This document shows positions 1-13,625 of a stretch of 64,000 nucleotides of DNA, one piece after another. Where the stretch lies: the NCBI GenBank assembly GCA_000165425.1, contig CT868385.1, positions 248,001 through 312,000 of the forward strand, read 5' to 3'. Position numbers and translations under genes: made by a program. Positions within the stretch are counted from its first letter, which is position 1, and every line of letters starts with the position of its first letter. This DNA comes from Paramecium tetraurelia (Eukaryota). The notes beneath the pieces are model-generated. The model was not told where the DNA came from, did no database searches, and worked only from the letters and a program-made list of their open reading frames with translations.

Positions 1-240
1 GAAATTAATTGAATCTATTTTAGAGTAATGAAACATTTTATATATTTTTAAAGAGTAAATTGCTATATATATAATATATTTAATTATTTAGACATATCTA
101 AATTTTGGATAATATAGAAATATAGATATTGAAGATGTTTTCATTGTTATTAGTAATATTATAGATGATGATTTGATTTTAATTGCTATTTTAATAATAA
201 TAAAAACATAATTTATATTATTTTTTTAAGTGTTAATCAG

Positions 241-1637
241 ATGTAAAGTAAATTTATTATTGTTAAGTGATAGACTACAGGTTGATAACCAAAAAGGGTG
301 AAGGCACTTTTTCAGAAGTTATAAAAGCTTAATCTGTGAAAACTACTTAATTAGTTGCAATAAAATGCATGAAGCAGATTTTCCAAACGATTGACTAAGT
401 ATTGTATTTTAATTCTAATATTGGTTAACAAACTCAAAGAAATTCAAGCATTAAGAAAGTTATAAAATCACGAGCACATTATTAAATTAATTGAAGTATT
501 ATAGTAAAATATCATTCATTATAATTAGTGATGAACCTACTGGAAGATTGGCTTTAGTATTCGAGTTGATGGAATAAAATCTGTACGAACATATTAAAGG
601 TAAGATTAACAAATACATGTATTTAGGCAGAAAAATACCACTAAAATAAGAGAAGATTAGGAGTTATACGTATTAATTACTAAAAGCCATTGACTTTATG
701 CACACGAATAATATTTTTCACAGAGATATTAAACCGTAAGATTTGAATTGATAGGTTTTAGTGAAAATATCCTGTTGCTTGGAGATCATCTTAAATTGGC
801 TGATTTGGGTTCATGCAAGGGTATTTACTCCAAACATCCATACACAGAATATATCTCAACGAGATGGTATAGATCTCCAGAATGTCTAATGACTGATGGT
901 TATTATGATAGTAAAATGGATATATGGGGTGCCGGCTGTGTCTTATTCGAGATCACAGCTCTATTCCCTCTCTTTCCTGGAAGTAATGAATTGGATCAAG
1001 TGCATCGCATTCACAACATTTTGGGAACACCCAATCCTAAAGTCCTTGATCGATTCAGGAAGCATGCGACTCACATGGAAATCAATTTCCCTTAAAAAGT
1101 TGGAACTGGATTAGAGAATTTGATTCCAAACGCTCCTAAAGATCTTGTAGATCTAATTAAATAGATGTTAATTTATGATCCAGAAGAACGTATCACTGCA
1201 AAACAAGCACTGAGACATCCTTACTTCAAAGAAATAAGAGATCAAGAATAATAAAGATTGTTAGAAACTAGTTTATAATCGATAAAATTATTAAAAAAAA
1301 AGTAATATTTCCAATAATAATTAGTGATGATTCCCTTATGGACGAAGAGTAAAATACAACTCAGATAATTCATAAAAAGACTTTATTTAATCAAACCAAT
1401 AAAGTCTTATAAAACTCTTTTAAGAATAAAAATTTGCATCTCCTGGATTGTGTAAAATTGCCTACTCTAACAAAAAAATAAGCAGACTTAAAGAAGGCTT
1501 ATGGTCCAGCACATTTTTAGAGTAAAAATTATTATTAATAATTAGCTACAAAGAAAAAGTCTATTTAATATGAATACATCTTATATGGTAAAAAGGCTAA
1601 CTTAGGTAATTTTCTAAATACTCTCAGACATAAATGA
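241..1637 (+). CDS. MOK: MOK/RAGE-type CMGC Ser/Thr kinase (multi-intron)
   Basis: Code-6 translation gives MQNYRLITKKGEGTFSEVIKA...VAIKCMKQ...QVNKLKEIQALRKL...HRDIKPENILL...DLGSCKGIYSKHPYTEYISTRWYRSPE, with a TEY activation loop and TGA at 1635-1637. Intron 2 (399-423) ends in TG rather than AG. Confidence 0.9.
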
Positions 1638-2653
1638 ACATCACATTCTGATTAATTTTTAAATTTTAATATATTTAATCAGTTTTCTAAATAAGCAGTC
1701 TTACAGAATATTGTAATTACTATTCAATTAATTTTTAATAAAGAACTATTTATAATTTTATCGAAATAATCTTAAATATTGTTAACGGTAACTAATATTT
1801 CATTATTAAGGATAAAATTAATCTCTGAAATATGGATTCATACAATAATATGAATTGCTGAGTCATAATATTTGATTGCTTTTATCATATCTATTTAATT
1901 AACTTAGAGTGTTTGATTTTAAAATAATGCGCAATTTAAGAATTACTTTTTTTATTATAATAATCTGGGTTTTTTAGATTTTTTGTATTTTTACTAATGA
2001 AAATAAATCGATTTATTTAAAAACATATAATTGGCTTGAATTTTTTATAGAATCCAAGATATCCAATGTTCTGCCTTCTAATCTTCTATGAGTTGTATAA
2101 TTTTGTTGAAGGATTATATTAATTAAATAAAAATATTTTAGTTTTCAAATAAAAATTATAATAAACAAGTCAAAATTAAAGTTCTTGATATTTAGTAATA
2201 ATGAAAGAAGGGAGTAAAGCTTGATCTTTTAAAGATTTCCTTTGTAATAAAGTCGTAAACTAGATATTTTGATGTTATCCTTTCAAAAATTCGATTAATT
2301 TTTATTTTCTAGTTTTTTTCTGATCTGGAAATTTATTATTGTTTTGTTATTTCTATGGACTATTTTTGATTGACTAAAAGAGTTATAACTCGTCATTAGT
2401 TAAATTGATTTATTCATTAGAATTGAGAGCAATACTTAAATTGTTGAATTTCTTGTAATTTTTGTGTAATTCTTTTTTTTTATTTTTTATGCTTTTATCT
2501 GGTATTAAATGATCAAGTGTGCTGATCTAATAGGAAATAATTACAATTTTTTGGGAAAAGCATCTTCTCAAATACCTGGAGAACTGAGAGAGCCTTTAGT
2601 GAGCGTTCTTACTAATGAAACTTTTACATCGACGATATGATTAACATTTGGTA

Positions 2654-3024
2654 NNNNNNNNNNNNNNNNNNNNNNNNNNNNNNNNNNNNNNNNNNNNNNN
2701 NNNNNNNNNNNNNNNNNNNNNNNNNNNNNNNNNNNNNNNNNNNNNNNNNNNNNNNNNNNNNNNNNNNNNNNNNNNNNNNNNNNNNNNNNNNNNNNNNNNN
2801 NNNNNNNNNNNNNNNNNNNNNNNNNNNNNNNNNNNNNNNNNNNNNNNNNNNNNNNNNNNNNNNNNNNNNNNNNNNNNNNNNNNNNNNNNNNNNNNNNNNN
2901 NNNNNNNNNNNNNNNNNNNNNNNNNNNNNNNNNNNNNNNNNNNNNNNNNNNNNNNNNNNNNNNNNNNNNNNNNNNNNNNNNNNNNNNNNNNNNNNNNNNN
3001 NNNNNNNNNNNNNNNNNNNNNNNN
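2654..3024. other. Assembly gap (371 N)
   Basis: Run of N; it probably hides the 3' end of CCT4. Confidence 1.
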
Positions 3025-4405
3025 TTAATCGTAAAGATAAATGAATTTCTGGTGCTCCTCCTCCTGGAATCAATCCCTTGCTCTTTACTAAACTTCTAAC
3101 AACACATAATGCATCATGAATGCTTCTGTCAGCCTCATCTAAGACTAATTGATTTGATCCTCTAACCAAAATAGTCAAGGCCTTAGATTGAGCAGGGACT
3201 TTAGTGATTCTCAATACTTTGCTTTCATCATTCAAATGAACGGTTTCTACTAATCCAGCAGTACCTAGTTTTTCTGGAGTCAATTAATCAATATGAGCAA
3301 CTGGAACCAAACATAAGGTCTATACAAATATAAAATATAAATTACTTTAGAAATAAATTCAACATCATCTCTTTCAATATCCTTAACAACCATGATGCCT
3401 TTCTTGGCCAAAAAGTGTAATGACAAATCATTAACTGCATCTCTCAAAATACTTTTTTAGATCAATAACACATTGGCGCCTGAAGCAACTATCTTCTTGA
3501 CTAAATCAATAATATATTTTCTTTCTTCCTTTAAGATTTTGTCCATTTCAGTGTAATCCTTAATGGCTATAGAGTTTTCAACATCAGTCTTAGGAGCAGA
3601 TAGACAGAATTATAATAAAGCAACTTTAGCATCCTTAATTTATTATGGACCTCCTGCAGCTTAACTTGCCTTTTAATTTGAAAAGACTATGCCTTCAACT
3701 AACTCTGTATCATCTATTGTTCCTCCTAATTTCTTCACTATCTTGATATCTTTCAAATCAACATTATTTGGCTTTTGAGGATCGACAATTCTTAAGACAG
3801 CATCTACTGCCAATGGAGCCAATTAAGCACTGTTTGATGAAACAACTTTTGATGAAAGTGCTGTTTAGACACACTCAATTAATTATTATTTATTCTCTAA
3901 ATCTACTGGCTTTTTCAATTCGTCCAATGCTGTAAGAGCATACTCCAATGCAAATTAAAATCCCTCCGAAATTGTTGTTGGATGGATTCCCTTTTCCAAT
4001 AGTACCTCGCATGATTTCAATAAAGCACCTGCAAAAACTACAACTGAAGTTGTGCCATCACCTGCTTCAACATCTTGGGCATTTGAAATCTCGACCAACT
4101 TTGAATAATTAATTATTAATTCATACCATCTTAGCTGTAGGATGAACCAAATCCATTTGTTTTAAGATTGTAGCACCATCATTTGTAATCAAGACTTAAC
4201 CCTTGGCGTCTTATATCATCTTGTCCATTCCTCTTGGTCCCAAGCTTGTTCTTACTGCATCTGACACAGCTAATTATTACTCTACATTCACGATACCTTT
4301 GGCTGCTTGGATATTAGTCAATCGAATGTCCTTTGTTTTTTCTGATTTGTTGAATGTATTCGACTTCTGTGCTTATTATTATCCTGCCTATGGTGCTTGA
4401 CTCAT
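3025..4405 (-). CDS. CCT4: Chaperonin CCT/TRiC subunit delta (3' end lost in gap)
   Basis: [84 protein letters not shown]. Confidence 0.95.
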
Positions 4406-4480
4406 ATTAAAAAAATTAATTTCTTTTATTTAATTTCTGGAAATTAATATACATTTATATATATTCTCTTTTTATATAAC

Positions 4481-4912
4481 TCAAGCCCTATTTGGATACA
4501 AGAATACTCTTAAAGTTGATCCTATTGCTCTTGGTGGAAGATTTCTATTGAATCTAGCAATCACTATTCCATTTGATCCATGAGATCTACTGACTCTACC
4601 CCAAATAGTCTTCATATTAACTCAAATTCATTACTCTAAATTTTGTATTGTTCTTAAGAGAGTGAGCCTTATATATATAAGCAACTCTCTTGCCCCAATA
4701 GAATCTGCTTGATGACACATCATCAACATGTTGGATTTTTAATAAAGCTTGTTTTTCATTTTATTGAACCTTAGATCTTCTAAAACCTGTAAATACAGCC
4801 TTAACCCACAATCTTCCTCATATATTTCAATATACCTCACTGGTGCCTTTTTGTTCACTTTAACTTTCTTCACTGTTTTTGTGACTCCTTTCTACTATTA
4901 TTCACTCTTCAT
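4481..4912 (-). CDS. RPL35A: 60S ribosomal protein L35a (eL33), 2 introns
   Basis: RLWVKAVFTGFRRSK...FYWGKRVAYIYKA...IWGRVSRSHGSNGIVIARFNRNLPPRAIGSTLRVFLYPNRA*. Confidence 0.95.
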
Positions 4913-5479
4913 CAATTAAAATCTTTATAATTTTAATTTAAAAATTAAACCACTTTCAGATGCATTCTATATGAGAGTTTAAAATGTTTACTTTCATTCG
5001 ATTCTTTATAAACTTAACTCATATTGTGATATAGAACTCTTCTTATTTGATCTTAAGTATTTATTGTATATAATATTAACATAGTTTGAAAATAAACAAA
5101 AACTCATTTAATATTGAAATATGTATAAATATTCATAGAAATAAATAATAAACTAATTTATTTCATGATGAATTTAAATTTCTTGTTAATTATAAATTCG
5201 AAGATTTCTAATAAGAATTGGTAATTCAAGCAATAATAACACAAGACTGTTTATGACAAATCTTGGATAATATTATTTTATTTAGCTTCATATATTATTA
5301 GTTGTTTGATATTCAAAACTGCTCAAAACCAGTATAAATTATTATGATTCAGACCTAATGTTGAATGGATATATGTCATAATACTTCATTAATGTTCACA
5401 ATACTCACTCTTATTGATGTAGGAATCGCGAACATAAACTTTAATTTAAGAATATTGGATAATTGGTTGAAATATATCA

Positions 5480-6130
5480 TGAAAATGAATTCTTAGAAAT
5501 GAAGAAATTCCTAGACTTCTAATAAGTATGAATTCTTTTAGTATATTAGGTACCTTTTTGGATCATTAATATTATTTATAAGAAATTTGATATACCCATA
5601 AATATAAAATATATATAAAAAAACCAAAAGAAAAAATGATAGTTTGTTTGGTTGAATGAAGGAATAAAATCCTCTACATTTTCTATTAAATAGAAATTTC
5701 CAAAGATATATATTTTAAAAGCATGATTTCTTAAAATTATTTTATGAATCACAAATATTTATGGTTAATAACCATATTTCAACAGAGATTTAATGATATG
5801 AAAAGAAGCATAATGAGGAAGTAAATTATAAAAACGATCAATCAGATTAATTTATTTGATTACATCATCAACCTTTTGAAAGGATTACGAGATTTAGATT
5901 TGGCCATTTCTGGAATTCTCAAGAGTTTAAAGACAAAACAAAAACTCTTAGAAATATCTAATAATTTGTTAAAATTCAGCAGATTCAACTAAATGACATT
6001 AAATATTCTTTAAATTGTGAAGGATGGATGTAGACATTAACAAAAATTAGTAGATAATTCTTAAACATTATTTGATAACTGTTATGATATAATATTTTGA
6101 AAGATATGCAGACTAAAATCTTTAATTGAA
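5480..6130 (-). CDS. Possible hypothetical protein with a hydrophobic segment (boundaries unresolved)
   Basis: One minus-strand frame stays open for over 200 codons (...QKVDDVIKQINLIDRFYNLLPHYASFHIIKSLLKYGY...FFFWFFYIYFIFMGIS), while the plus frames I read contain several TGA. No family recognised. Confidence 0.3.
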
Positions 6131-6294
6131 ATTAATATATGTATTAAAAATTAATAAATTCTTGTGATCACATAAGAGTTTAAGGTCATAAATAGATACC
6201 TATTTTTTTATTATAATTAATTTATGTTGGAAATATTGATTAAGTATTATTTCTTAAATACTATAACTATTATTTAAATAATAAACTTTAACTA

Positions 6295-9200
6295 ATGACT
6301 AGACGATGTAGTTTACTAAATAATGTCATCAAAACAACTTTAGTTTTTTAATAGTTTAGCACTGAAATACCAACACTTATTTAACTAATTTTTGGATTTA
6401 TAGCACAACTTTAAATTATTAGTTATTTAGAATAGCCTACATTTTCTATTGAAAATTCTTTTAAAATCGTTTTATTTTTTACTAGACCCCACATATTCAT
6501 TTTTACTTAAGACGATAATTCAACGTTCTTTATTGCTATGTTTCTATTTATTTAAATACTAATAGTGATTTGGATATATAGTTGTGTAATTGTTAATAAA
6601 TCAGAATAAAAGAATATTATAAATGAAATTTATCACCTCCAATTAAATTCAAAAATTACAAGGTTGATAGTATAAATAAATGCCATATTTTTGTTTGTGA
6701 ATAAGGTTTACATAGGTAATAACATAATAGAGATGAGTTTACTGATTGTGCTGAAATAGAAACAACCACAACTGTATTTAATATGTATGGGAGTATTTTT
6801 GATTTTCGAAGAAACAATAATTTTATATGGATAATGGTAATTGATAAATAGAAGTATTAAATTTATACCATCATTACAATACTTAACAATTAATTAATCT
6901 TATACTAGTGTAATAAATTTATTTCTTAAATTCCTCTAAATTATTTGCTATGTATTGTTAGAAAACAAGTAAGGTGCAATAATAATTTAATCAATCCTCA
7001 TTATATTAAGTTTTCTCCATAAACTTCTCTAGATTTAGTACAATTAAATCCATATGAAAAGTAACTATTAAAATTTGATAATCTCTTTCAGTAGTTTTGG
7101 AATACTATTGGGAATGATGGGAATTCTCAATTCCATATTTCCTGACTTCTTTACTCGAGATTGGATATATTTGTTCCCTTTACAAATCTATGTGATTAAG
7201 AAATCTCTTAAGGTTGAACTGCACTAATTTATGGTTTACAAAAATTTTGAATAATTGTCAATTAACGAATTAAAATATATATCATGCATGATCCTAGATG
7301 GACTAAGTTTGGATAATATAAAAAATCATTTATTTTTATATTAATTTGTTGAAAAAAATTCAAATAAAAGTGAAAAATTATATTCTATAAGAGAAAAGGA
7401 ATTAAGTAAGTAATCTATTGAAATTATTTAACAATTTATACAATAGATGATTCTTAGGCGTTTAGAATGTCTTTCAGAAGAGATAAAGAATCCTTTTAAA
7501 TTGTTATAGATATACATCAATTATATTTAAAACTTGATTGTTTTGAGTCTCTATGTTGAAGCGTAATAAATTATAGAATAGTTATTTCGATATACATAAA
7601 ATAGCCCTTCCAAAATAGTCTCAAAAACATTTAAACTAGTTATAAGAGCTGAATTGAATTCATTATATAAAATCTATTTTGAAATTTTAGAAGATAAGAT
7701 TATTGCAAATATGCAAAATAAAATGATCTAATAATCTTCATAGCTAAGATTAAATAATTAAACTATATCTTAAGCTATTAAACAGCTTACTATTATTAAT
7801 TCTAATAATATAGATGTGTAAAGTATTTTTAAGGATGTTCTACAATAGAAATTAGAATTCCTGAGTTTTAACTAAAAGGAGAAGATATCTGAATAAGTAT
7901 TTAGTAATAAAGTTTATTAAATTTTGACAGAGTAAGAGCACTTGCTAACTAAGTTGAAATCAAACTATGATTTATTCCCAAGTAATATCTTGTTATTAAT
8001 GAATAGCAATATAGAATTAAAGTATACTGATGACATACTAAGTTTAAGTTTTAAACAACTTTCTTGATGCTTACTATTTTAGTTAAACGATTGCATTAGA
8101 TGAAGATATTATCCTTAAACATCATTAGTCAGAAATGGTTAATTTTTTTAATTAATCCTTCAATTTTGTGATTTTTGAAATTCATGACCTTCAAAACATT
8201 TAGATAAAATATCATTCAGCAAGTCAGAATGAGAACTTCACTTTAAAAGAGGGAAATCAATTGCATCAATTGATTCCTCAATCATTAAAGACCTTCCATT
8301 AGTTATTAATAGAAAAATTTCTGTAAGAAGGATAGAATAAATATTTTTAGGCTATCGATGAAACTTTCATTTAGATAAGGGAAAGGTATATTTTAACCTA
8401 TAGACATTTGCATGGATTTAAATTATAAAAATACTCAAAATATTGAGATAATTACAGTTTATCGTTCACCTTAGTGTGATAAATAATTGATGCTAGTCGA
8501 TTCTAACTTACGATTACAAGAAATCAGTCTTTATCTTTTTTCAAACGGCTTTAATATTTAAGAAAACCAAATAGACTTCATTATAGGTCTACATATAACT
8601 AAAGTGATTCCTGGATTCAAAAGATATATTGATGAGAAACTCTTTGATATAAAGAATTGTCCTATCAATTTCTTTAATTATTAGGATGAATAGGATTCTA
8701 AAACAAAATCTAAAACTCACTATAATTTTGATGATTTTGAATAGATTTCTTTTTATTCTTGCCATTTAACTATAATTCAAAGAGTTTTTGTTGATAACTA
8801 ATTTTATTATATATTGAAAGTGGATAACCTAAAATTAGATAGAGCCAATTCATATAGTTAATTTAAAATGACCTAAAATTCAGAACACTTTTGTGAGATG
8901 GATGAGGAAATTGAAATTAATATACCTGATTTAGACGAGTTTAACCAAAAATAATTAATTTTAAATACTGATAGATAGGAAGCATAGTTAGAATTAATAC
9001 AAAATCATTAAGAATACGATTAAAACTATGATAAGAAATTCACTGAAACTTCAATATTTAATAAATAGAAACAATAAGCATAGATTGAATAAAATGAAGA
9101 TTCTTCTAATCTATCTAGTATTGCTAAAATTAAAAAATCTCCCTTTTATAAAAAATTTACTCAATATTCCACTATTATTAACTCAACAAATAGATCTAAA

Positions 9201-10983
9201 AATTTAATTGCCTTCAATATTTTCTATTTAATATATATAATATTAATTCTAACATTTTCAATCAAAGTGATTGTTGCTACTTATTAAATTAAAGAGTATA
9301 TTTCTCAAATGAATTTACTATCCATTAAAAATGAAGTTTATTAGCCAATTGAATCATTTTTATTAACAAGATATACTATAATAACTTATAATACACTTTT
9401 ATAAGCAAAGGTTGTTACACAAAATGAATACTACTATTTGATAAAGTTCCCAAATTCAAATTTACTTTCAGGTTATGACGACTTAAAAATTAGTATTACC
9501 AAAGTGTTAGATATTCCTGAGTTTTAGCCCTTTTTGTAAGAGAATTATTAAATTATAACATTATATGAAAAAACAAACATTGGGAAGGAATACAATATAA
9601 CATTTCGGGAGGCCATTCATTTGTTATTAAATTATTAATACGATTATAAATTGGCATACACAGTTAAGTCAATAGTCATAGATGGCCCCTACTTTTATTA
9701 TTCCTATAAAAATTATATAGTATTATTCAATAAATTTTTGGAGTTGTAAAATTACACTTTAGAATCCACGTTTACATTATGCGATTCAAATTTAAAGGAT
9801 ATTTAAATATATCTTATAATTTTTGATGTGTTAACATTTTTAATAGTAATTGTTAAGGTCTATCACAAAGGTTAAATAAGATAATTTAAAAATAAGATTC
9901 TAACGCTGATAAGAAATTAAGATCTTCACTAAAATGAATAGGATATAATGATGTTGAAATAATTTTAGTTACAAATATTAAATAATAGACATATGATTTA
10001 TGGATATAAATTAGATTTAGATGGAATTGATAAATCTTTAAAAACGCGGTAATAAAATTTTAAATAAAGATAAATAAATTAAAAGAGATAAGTATCTTTA
10101 CAAATGAAGAAATAGCTATTCTTAATTAGTTTCCATTATTTAATATTTTTTGGATTAAGTCTATTATTTTACATTATTATAAGAAATTATTTGGATAATT
10201 ATAAACAAACAGCCCTATATTATTCTAAAATATCCGATACAAGTGTGAATGTATTAATAATTTATGCTTGGAAGGAAGCATTATATTTCAAATCTACTTT
10301 TACATTTTTAAATAAAACAGAAATTTAATAATTTTAAGATCACATTTAAAGCAGTTTAACATCCTTGTAATAAATCGCTTCAAGTTTAGTAAATATAAAT
10401 GATCTGAATTTCTTATTTGGAGATTCAACAGAAAAAATAGTAAATATATTAACCTAAGATTCAGTCTGTGATAATTTGAGTGATGTAAGGAATATTTAAT
10501 ATATTTAGAAATACAAAACCAAAGCAGAGTCTATTTGTAATTACGTAATGTAAGGTGTTCTGACGAAAGGGTTAATTAATTCTTTAAATTACATGATTAA
10601 CAGTGTAAAAACTGAATATGATACTACTCATTTTGATACTAGATAGGCTTATCAATAATTAGAGTTAGAAGGTGCTTCTTTAGTATCTGATGTTTTACTG
10701 TAACTTACTACTTCCCTAAAAGAAGAATTCACTACATTAACAATAGATATGCAATTTCAAATATTTGTAAAATAATAAGTTATATTTTTAGATTTTTGTA
10801 TCTGTTTTTATCATATTTGAAGTCGTGACAATCTACTATTTAAATTGTTCATTTAAAATTGAATAAAGCAGAATAGATTTGTTAAAGAAGTTCATATATT
10901 TGATGCCTTTAGGAACATTATTTTATGATGAATAATTCTAAAGACAATTCAAAAGAGTAATGATTAATGAAAAAATTGCTTGA
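6295..10983 (+). CDS. Large multipass membrane protein with central PAS-like domain (TmcB/TmcC-like, ciliate-expanded type)
   Basis: About 4.7 kb code-6 frame with short introns (e.g. 7982-8006). N-terminal TM block (FGFIAQLQIISYL...TRPHIF), PAS-like LHQLIPQSLKTFHQLLIEKFLQEG, and C-terminal TM helices ending FIYLMPLGTLFYDE...KIA*. Confidence 0.75.
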
Positions 10984-11012
10984 TATAATCTTATTTATAA
11001 ATGTTTAAATTC

Positions 11013-12447
11013 TCATTCTGCATCTTCTACTTTCCTTTTAATAATTATGACCATGGCTAAACCACCAAGAAGTAATAGGATAACAATTATGAAAAACGCA
11101 ATTGCCCAACCAGGGGTTTCCTCTTCAATCTAATTATAGAAATTAATTATACAGGGATTTCCATATCTCCAGCTATTCCACATTCCTTTTTATAATCAAC
11201 CTATTGAGACATAAAAAGATGATGTAAAGTTGAATATTTGCAAGTCTTACCTTCATCTGAACAAAGTGGCATATATTCACCGTTATATAATACTTTAACA
11301 TATGGTCCTGTGATTTTATTATTGTAAAGTTCAAAAATGATATTGGAAGCAAACTCAACATACTAAAGTAATCAATGAAATATTATACTTATGTTATGCA
11401 ATTTTTGTAAGTGATATTTTTGTTGAGATAAATTTCAGCTTAACATTGAGCACTAGTCAAATTAAGACCAGATAATAAGGCCAAAAGAGTTGAATCATGA
11501 GATGAGGAACCATAATATTTAAAATGGGAACTTCCATTCAAGAAGCTATCAAAATGATCAATAACTTATTTGAAATAAGGAGTTGAAAAAAGTTTGACTT
11601 ATCTAAAATAAAATAATTAGAAAGAGTTACTCTGGTGTTTAGAATTTTTCAAGACTAAATGCTAAATTGGAAATATCATCAATTTTTTTTAATGTTTCAG
11701 TTTTCAAATCCTCAGGCATTTTTTCTCCGTTGTATCTATTACAAATGAAAGTGTCTCTGTAATTAGAAAGGACAACGAAATCATTTACCTGTTTATCTCC
11801 AGTTAATTTTAATTATTCATTAAAGTCTTTGTATAATTGTGCAGTAGCGTCATTCACCTATTTATATAGCGCTGTTTTTTTATTTTAAGCAACCATATCA
11901 GCACCTTTTGGACACGCTATGGCAACAGCGTAGTCCATCTCTCTTTGTTTGGTATGGATCGGTATCAATTAGATTTTTTTGGGTAAAGCATCATCTCCAA
12001 TACCTGGAGGAGTGACAGATCCTTTATTGGGTGGTAAAAGTAATGAAACATTTTCATCAACGAAATGAGGCACAGTTGGTCCATTTGGATACATTCCTTA
12101 TAAATTACTGTAGGCACTTTACAGAGTCCTAAGAAATGAGGGATCTATGATTACCTATTGACATCAGAGCTTTCTATGTAGATCTCATTTTCATTAAAAT
12201 TTGGTGATAATAGTGGAGTAGTACCTGTGATGTATCTTTATCTAATCCATTTTCCCAATACATATTATTGTCTCATTCCAGTTGGTGTTAATAATGCACC
12301 ATCTCCTTTTGCTACATTTGGATCGCATTCGTAGTTGCAATAATAAGGATTTCTTGCTCCATGTCTCCAAATGGCCTAGACAGCGAGTAGTTCATCTTAA
12401 CACAAAACTTGATATAGACTGAATACGAAAATGAGAATTTATTTCAT
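11013..12447 (-). CDS. Histidine acid phosphatase (signal peptide, C-terminal TM; lysosomal type)
   Basis: Signal peptide MKQILIFVFSLYQVLC, catalytic RHGARNP, LTPTGMRQQYVLG, SSDVNRTLQSA, SHDSTL, C-terminal TM PGWAIAFFIIVILLLGGLAMVIII. Confidence 0.92.
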
Positions 12448-12762
12448 TTATTAAATATTGATATATGGAAATGAGTTGCATATTGAAATCTTTTATATTA
12501 CTCAATATATTATTTATAAGAATAACATTTTGAATTTCCTTCCTTGATTTCAATTTTAACGTCTAATCTATATAGAATCTTTAATTATTACCTTTAATTC
12601 TTTATGGAATACAATCTTGTCTACTATATCCTTATTTATTAATTGTCCTAGTCCAAACTATACAAATTATATTATAGAATTTTTATATGAATTTTGTGTT
12701 ACTTATGGTGAACATCATTCAATTAAATACTTCGGAATTTAATAATTAATTTAATTATTATT

Positions 12763-13578
12763 ATGTCCTGTGTTTTTTACTTTGAGTCAAATCAGTATGT
12801 TTAATTCATATCCAACCTTTAATTGCATTCCGTCATTTAAAATGAAAAGAAATGGAATTTTAGAGTCGATATTTTAGAATCCACCAATCAATAAAGTAAG
12901 AGATCAAAAAATCTTAGTTTTGCAATTATAATAATAATACAATAAAAACCAGGAAAATTTGCAAAATGTCATTTAAATATGTGAAGGAGATAACCAATTT
13001 TTTGTTTTTGATTAATAAATTAAACTTGTTTAAGATGAAAGCGGCAAATAAGGAAATGGATTATGCATTATTAAGTCTTCGAATGAATTATTGAGAATTC
13101 TAGACAGCGCATCAGTATTTACCAAAAAGTCTAAGAAAGATGTCAGAGGCAAAGGAATAGAATTTACTCACTCAGACTTTACCATAAAAATTGGAGAATT
13201 CAAAAAGAATGCAAAAAATGCTATGATATTTTATGTAAGCGTATTTTTGATCCTAAAAAGTGCTATTATAAACCATATACAATTCTACCTCCAAAAGAAC
13301 TTTTAGAAACTTATCACAATATTTATGCTGCTTATTTTTGATAAATAATAAATTTGGTAAACATCCCAGAATTTGATAATTATGAACAATAACTAAAAAG
13401 TTACAAAGATCAATTGACAAGATTTTATCAGGAGGCAGAAAATAGAGAAAATGAGTTTTTTAAGGATCCAAATAAAAAAGAATTGGAATATAAAAAAAAT
13501 TTAGCTAAAAATAAGTATCAATAATGTTTCATTTTAGTGTTTAATACATTGGAGAATTGGTATTAGTACACCATATGA
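12763..13578 (+). CDS. Putative Mediator head subunit MED20-like protein
   Basis: The spliced product contains DVRGKGIEFTHSDFTIKIGEFKKNAKNAMIFYCYYKPY. This resembles my recollection of the MED20 core (G.x.Y..DF.VKVG...VEVEY.P), and the size (~250 aa) fits. Confidence 0.55.
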
Positions 13579-13625
13579 TAGGAATATTGAATATTAATTG
13601 ATAATAAACTATAAAATAGTCTATT

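Noticed and set aside
2500..2653. snRNA-like fragments (GATCAAGTGT as in U2, an Sm-like AATTTTTTGG, a U4-like CTAATGAAACTTTT)
   Set aside because: The pieces come from different snRNAs, and the U2 branch-site helix and U4/U6 pairing sequences are missing. The adjacent gap prevents a call; an Infernal/Rfam search would settle it.
1838..2653. Long TGA-free minus-strand frame below the gap
   Set aside because: With one stop codon, long frames arise by chance in AT-rich DNA; there is no recognisable motif or start.
2624..3283. ORF-track entries spanning the N run
   Set aside because: Artefacts of translating N; only 3025-3283 (CCT4) is real.
5350..6130. Plus-strand frame with repeated in-frame TGA (possible Trp or Sec readthrough)
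   Set aside because: Better explained as the antisense of an open minus-strand frame; every confident gene here uses TGA as stop.
8020..8070. Apparent frameshift or stop in the large PAS-type gene
   Set aside because: Resolved by a 25-nt intron at 7982-8006.
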